A stretch of 62,145 nt of DNA, filler included. It is 8 parts of 8 records of this genome, joined end to end, with 100 filler letters (N's around TTAATTAATTAA, not from the genome) between each part and the next. Parts side by side here need not be neighbours in the genome. Positions count along the whole stretch, not along the records: positions 58,554 to 62,145 come from SRR20825010_5892; 7 more parts are not named here. The stretch is one strand, 5' to 3'. Position numbers and translations under genes: made by a program. The notes beneath the pieces were generated by a model, which saw only the letters and a program-made list of their open reading frames with translations, ran no database searches and was not told the origin of the DNA. Positions 60,101 to 62,145 of this stretch are shown piece by piece. Numbering within the stretch: the first letter of the stretch is position 1; every line of letters begins with the position of its first letter.

Positions 60101-62145
60101 ATGATGCATACGCGATTTTTTGACCGCCGTCGTTTATCCGCGAAGGTTGTTTGTTTTCTCGCTGCAGGATTGGGATTGGTTTTTTCAAACCACATTCAGT
60201 CGCTTCAGGCTCAGCTTCCTCAGACGGTTGTCTATTCAGTCAATCCTTCGGGAGGACAGAAAGGCCAGACTGTTGAAGTGCGCGTGACGAACGGGAAAGA
60301 TCTGGATGAACTGAATGCCCTGTGGTTCAGTCACCCGGATATCAAAGCAGTTCCTAAAATGCAGGACAGTAACGGCAAGCAGGTTCCTGTTGCCAACACG
60401 TTCCTGGTAACAATTGGTAATGATGTTCCCGTTGGCGTGTATGATGTCCGCGCGAACGGATTGTATGGCTTGAGTAATCCCCGATCATTCGTAGTGGGAG
60501 ATCTGCCTGAAAAAACCGAAGTCGAACCCAACAATAAAGATGATCAGGCAACACCGATAGAGATGGATTCGGTAATGAATGCCTTGCTGAACGGTGCGAC
60601 CGACGTCGACTATTATTCATTCACAGGCAAAAAGGGTGACAAGGTCTCCATTGACTGCCGTGCTGCCCGTATTGATTCCCCTGTTGTCGCCATTGTTGAA
60701 TTATATGGCCCGGATCAGCGACGTCTGGTCAGTGAGCGCGATACATTTCGCAACGATCCTTACATCAATCTGACACTGCCTCTGGATGGCGTTTATAAGA
60801 TCAAAGTCCATGATCTGACTTATGCTGGTGGCGTTGACAATGTCTATCGGTTGAGTGTGCATAAAAAACCGCATATTGAGTTCATTATGCCCCCCTCGGG
60901 AACTCCGGGAACAACCGGCAGCTATACCCTGTATGGCTACAACCTGCCGGGAGGAAAAATTTCGGACTGGAGTATCGGCGATGAGCCACTGCAGGAAGTC
61001 AATGTGTTTATCACCCTGCCATCAAAACCCACTACTTTGAAAATGGGCGAGCAGGGGTTCCCGCATGAAGTCAGTGCAGACGGTTACTCCTATGTCTGGG
61101 CGACACCCGCGGGAAGTTCCAATCCGGTGACGATCTACTACGCCGAAGGGAATGTTGTTCGAGATGAACAGACCAAAGAAGAAACATTAACCCTGCCAGG
61201 CGAACTGGTCGGTCAGTTTGAAGTCAAAAATGATGTCGATTCGTTTCGATTTACCGGGAAAGCAAAAGAAAAGTATTCGATCGAAGTGTTCGGTCAACGT
61301 AACGGGATTGTCATTGATCCTGTGATCGTGGTGGAACAGGTGGTCAAAGACAAGGATGGCAAAGAGACATTTAAGCAACTCGCCAATGTCGGTGCCACAA
61401 CTGTATTTGCCGATCTGAGTGGTAAATTATTTGATACGCGTACAGACGATCCCTACTACCTGTTTACAGCACCCGCTGATGGCGAATATCGAGTCACGTT
61501 GCGTGATCTGCAGTTCGAAACACGTGGGAATCCACGGATGGTATATCGAGCTGTGATTCGACAACCCAAACCAGATTTTCGCCTGGTGGCATTACCGCTG
61601 TACCCCCAGGCTGTCAACACAGGTGGTTCACCAGCGGCAATCACTCTGAGAAAAGGGGACAGCTTCAAAATTGCTGTCATGGCATTGAGGCAGGATGGTT
61701 TTAATGAAACGATCGAGTTGTCTGTCAAAGGTTTGCCACCCGGAGTTACCTGTAAAGCAGCCAGTATCGGCAGTGGTGACAGTAATGCTGAAATGATTCT
61801 GACCGCGGAAGAATCTGCTCAGAAGTGGTCAGGTGAAATTGAAATTACGGGGACCTCTGGTGCAGATGCCGGGAAACTGGAACGCGTCGCCCGGGCTGCC
61901 ACTGTACTGCGACCTGCGGCGAATAATGTGCGTGCTGATTCGCGTATCGCACGCTCGCTGGCATTATCTGTTATTGATGAAGTCGCGCCGTATCAGGTCG
62001 TTGCGGATGTCGCGGAAGTGAGTGTGAATCAGGGACGCCAGATTCTCGTTCCTGTCAAAGTGGTGAAACGAGCCGGCTTTGATAATGCAGTTGCACTCGC
62101 CTGGAACGGCATTCCCAAAAACAGTAACATCACCATCGAGAATAA
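60101..62145 (+). CDS. Secreted PPC (pre-peptidase C-terminal) domain protein, runs off the window end
   Basis: Manually translated: open for 681 codons with no stop; signal peptide then P.GGQ.G..VEV, EVEPNN, DVDYYSF, DP...F.APADGEY, PDFRL, GLPPGV; absent from the ORF track. Confidence 0.85.
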   Translation, partial: MMHTRFFDRRRLSAKVVCFLAAGLGLVFSNHIQSLQAQLPQTVVYSVNPSGGQKGQTVEVRVTNGKDLDELNALWFSHPDIKAVPKMQDSNGKQVPVANTFLVTIGNDVPVGVYDVRANGLYGLSNPRSFVVGDLPEKTEVEPNNKDDQATPIEMDSVMNALLNGATDVDYYSFTGKKGDKVSIDCRAARIDSPVVAIVELYGPDQRRLVSERDTFRNDPYINLTLPLDGVYKIKVHDLTYAGGVDNVYRLSVHKKPHIEFIMPPSGTPGTTGSYTLYGYNLPGGKISDWSIGDEPLQEVNVFITLPSKPTTLKMGEQGFPHEVSADGYSYVWATPAGSSNPVTIYYAEGNVVRDEQTKEETLTLPGELVGQFEVKNDVDSFRFTGKAKEKYSIEVFGQRNGIVIDPVIVVEQVVKDKDGKETFKQLANVGATTVFADLSGKLFDTRTDDPYYLFTAPADGEYRVTLRDLQFETRGNPRMVYRAVIRQPKPDFRLVALPLYPQAVNTGGSPAAITLRKGDSFKIAVMALRQDGFNETIELSVKGLPPGVTCKAASIGSGDSNAEMILTAEESAQKWSGEIEITGTSGADAGKLERVARAATVLRPAANNVRADSRIARSLALSVIDEVAPYQVVADVAEVSVNQGRQILVPVKVVKRAGFDNAVALAWNGIPKNSNITIEN

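Noticed and set aside
1-62145. CRISPR arrays, tRNA/rRNA genes, transposases, prophage or anti-phage defence genes
   Set aside because: No repeat-spacer periodicity, cloverleaf or diagnostic protein motif found by eye; small ncRNAs could have been missed without a covariance search

Overview
This window is not one locus. It is 8 sequence fragments joined by 100-nt artificial spacers (44 N + TTAATTAATTAA + 44 N), most likely assembly contigs from several bacteria; taxon assignments below are inferred from gene content and composition only. A (1-6042, alphaproteobacterial): end of a choline/betaine ABC ATPase, a six-gene surface-glycan-modification cassette (two nucleotidyltransferase-fold genes, GDPD-like, HAD, cupin, WavE-family), and afr. 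B (6143-18752, Rhodospirillales-like): lepA, LpxR-like, a probable pseudo-histidine kinase, pcaD-like, SDR, folC, accD, trpA, trpB, trpF, lapA, ihfB, rpsA and two CGTC-type REP-like elements. C (18853-22759): fumarase end, DMT, soluble GAF chemoreceptor, AbrB-family membrane protein. D (22860-26368): TTT transporter divergent from an IlvD/Edd dehydratase. E (26469-46298, Parvibaculum-like): two TetR genes, PAS protein, AT-rich DUF4189 gene, RND pump, MMPL transporter, exported MsrA/MsrB, single-chain acyl-CoA carboxylase operon, flavoprotein, YhhN, DUF2855. F (46399-50974): peptide-type SBP, CocE/NonD hydrolase, DUF1989, DUF2339. G (51075-58453): purM, purN, a 45-aa oxidase subunit IV missed by the ORF track, ndk, PatB/MalY, holC, pepA, lptF, lptG. 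H (58554-62145, planctomycete-like): DUF1549/DUF1553 protein and a long secreted PPC-domain ORF missed by the ORF track. No rRNA, tRNA, CRISPR array or transposase was seen. The best leads are the WavE cassette, the His-retaining kinase with degenerate ATP-binding boxes, the probable ATT start of folC, the carboxylase/ACAD/atypical crotonase operon, and the planctomycete DUF1553/PPC pair.
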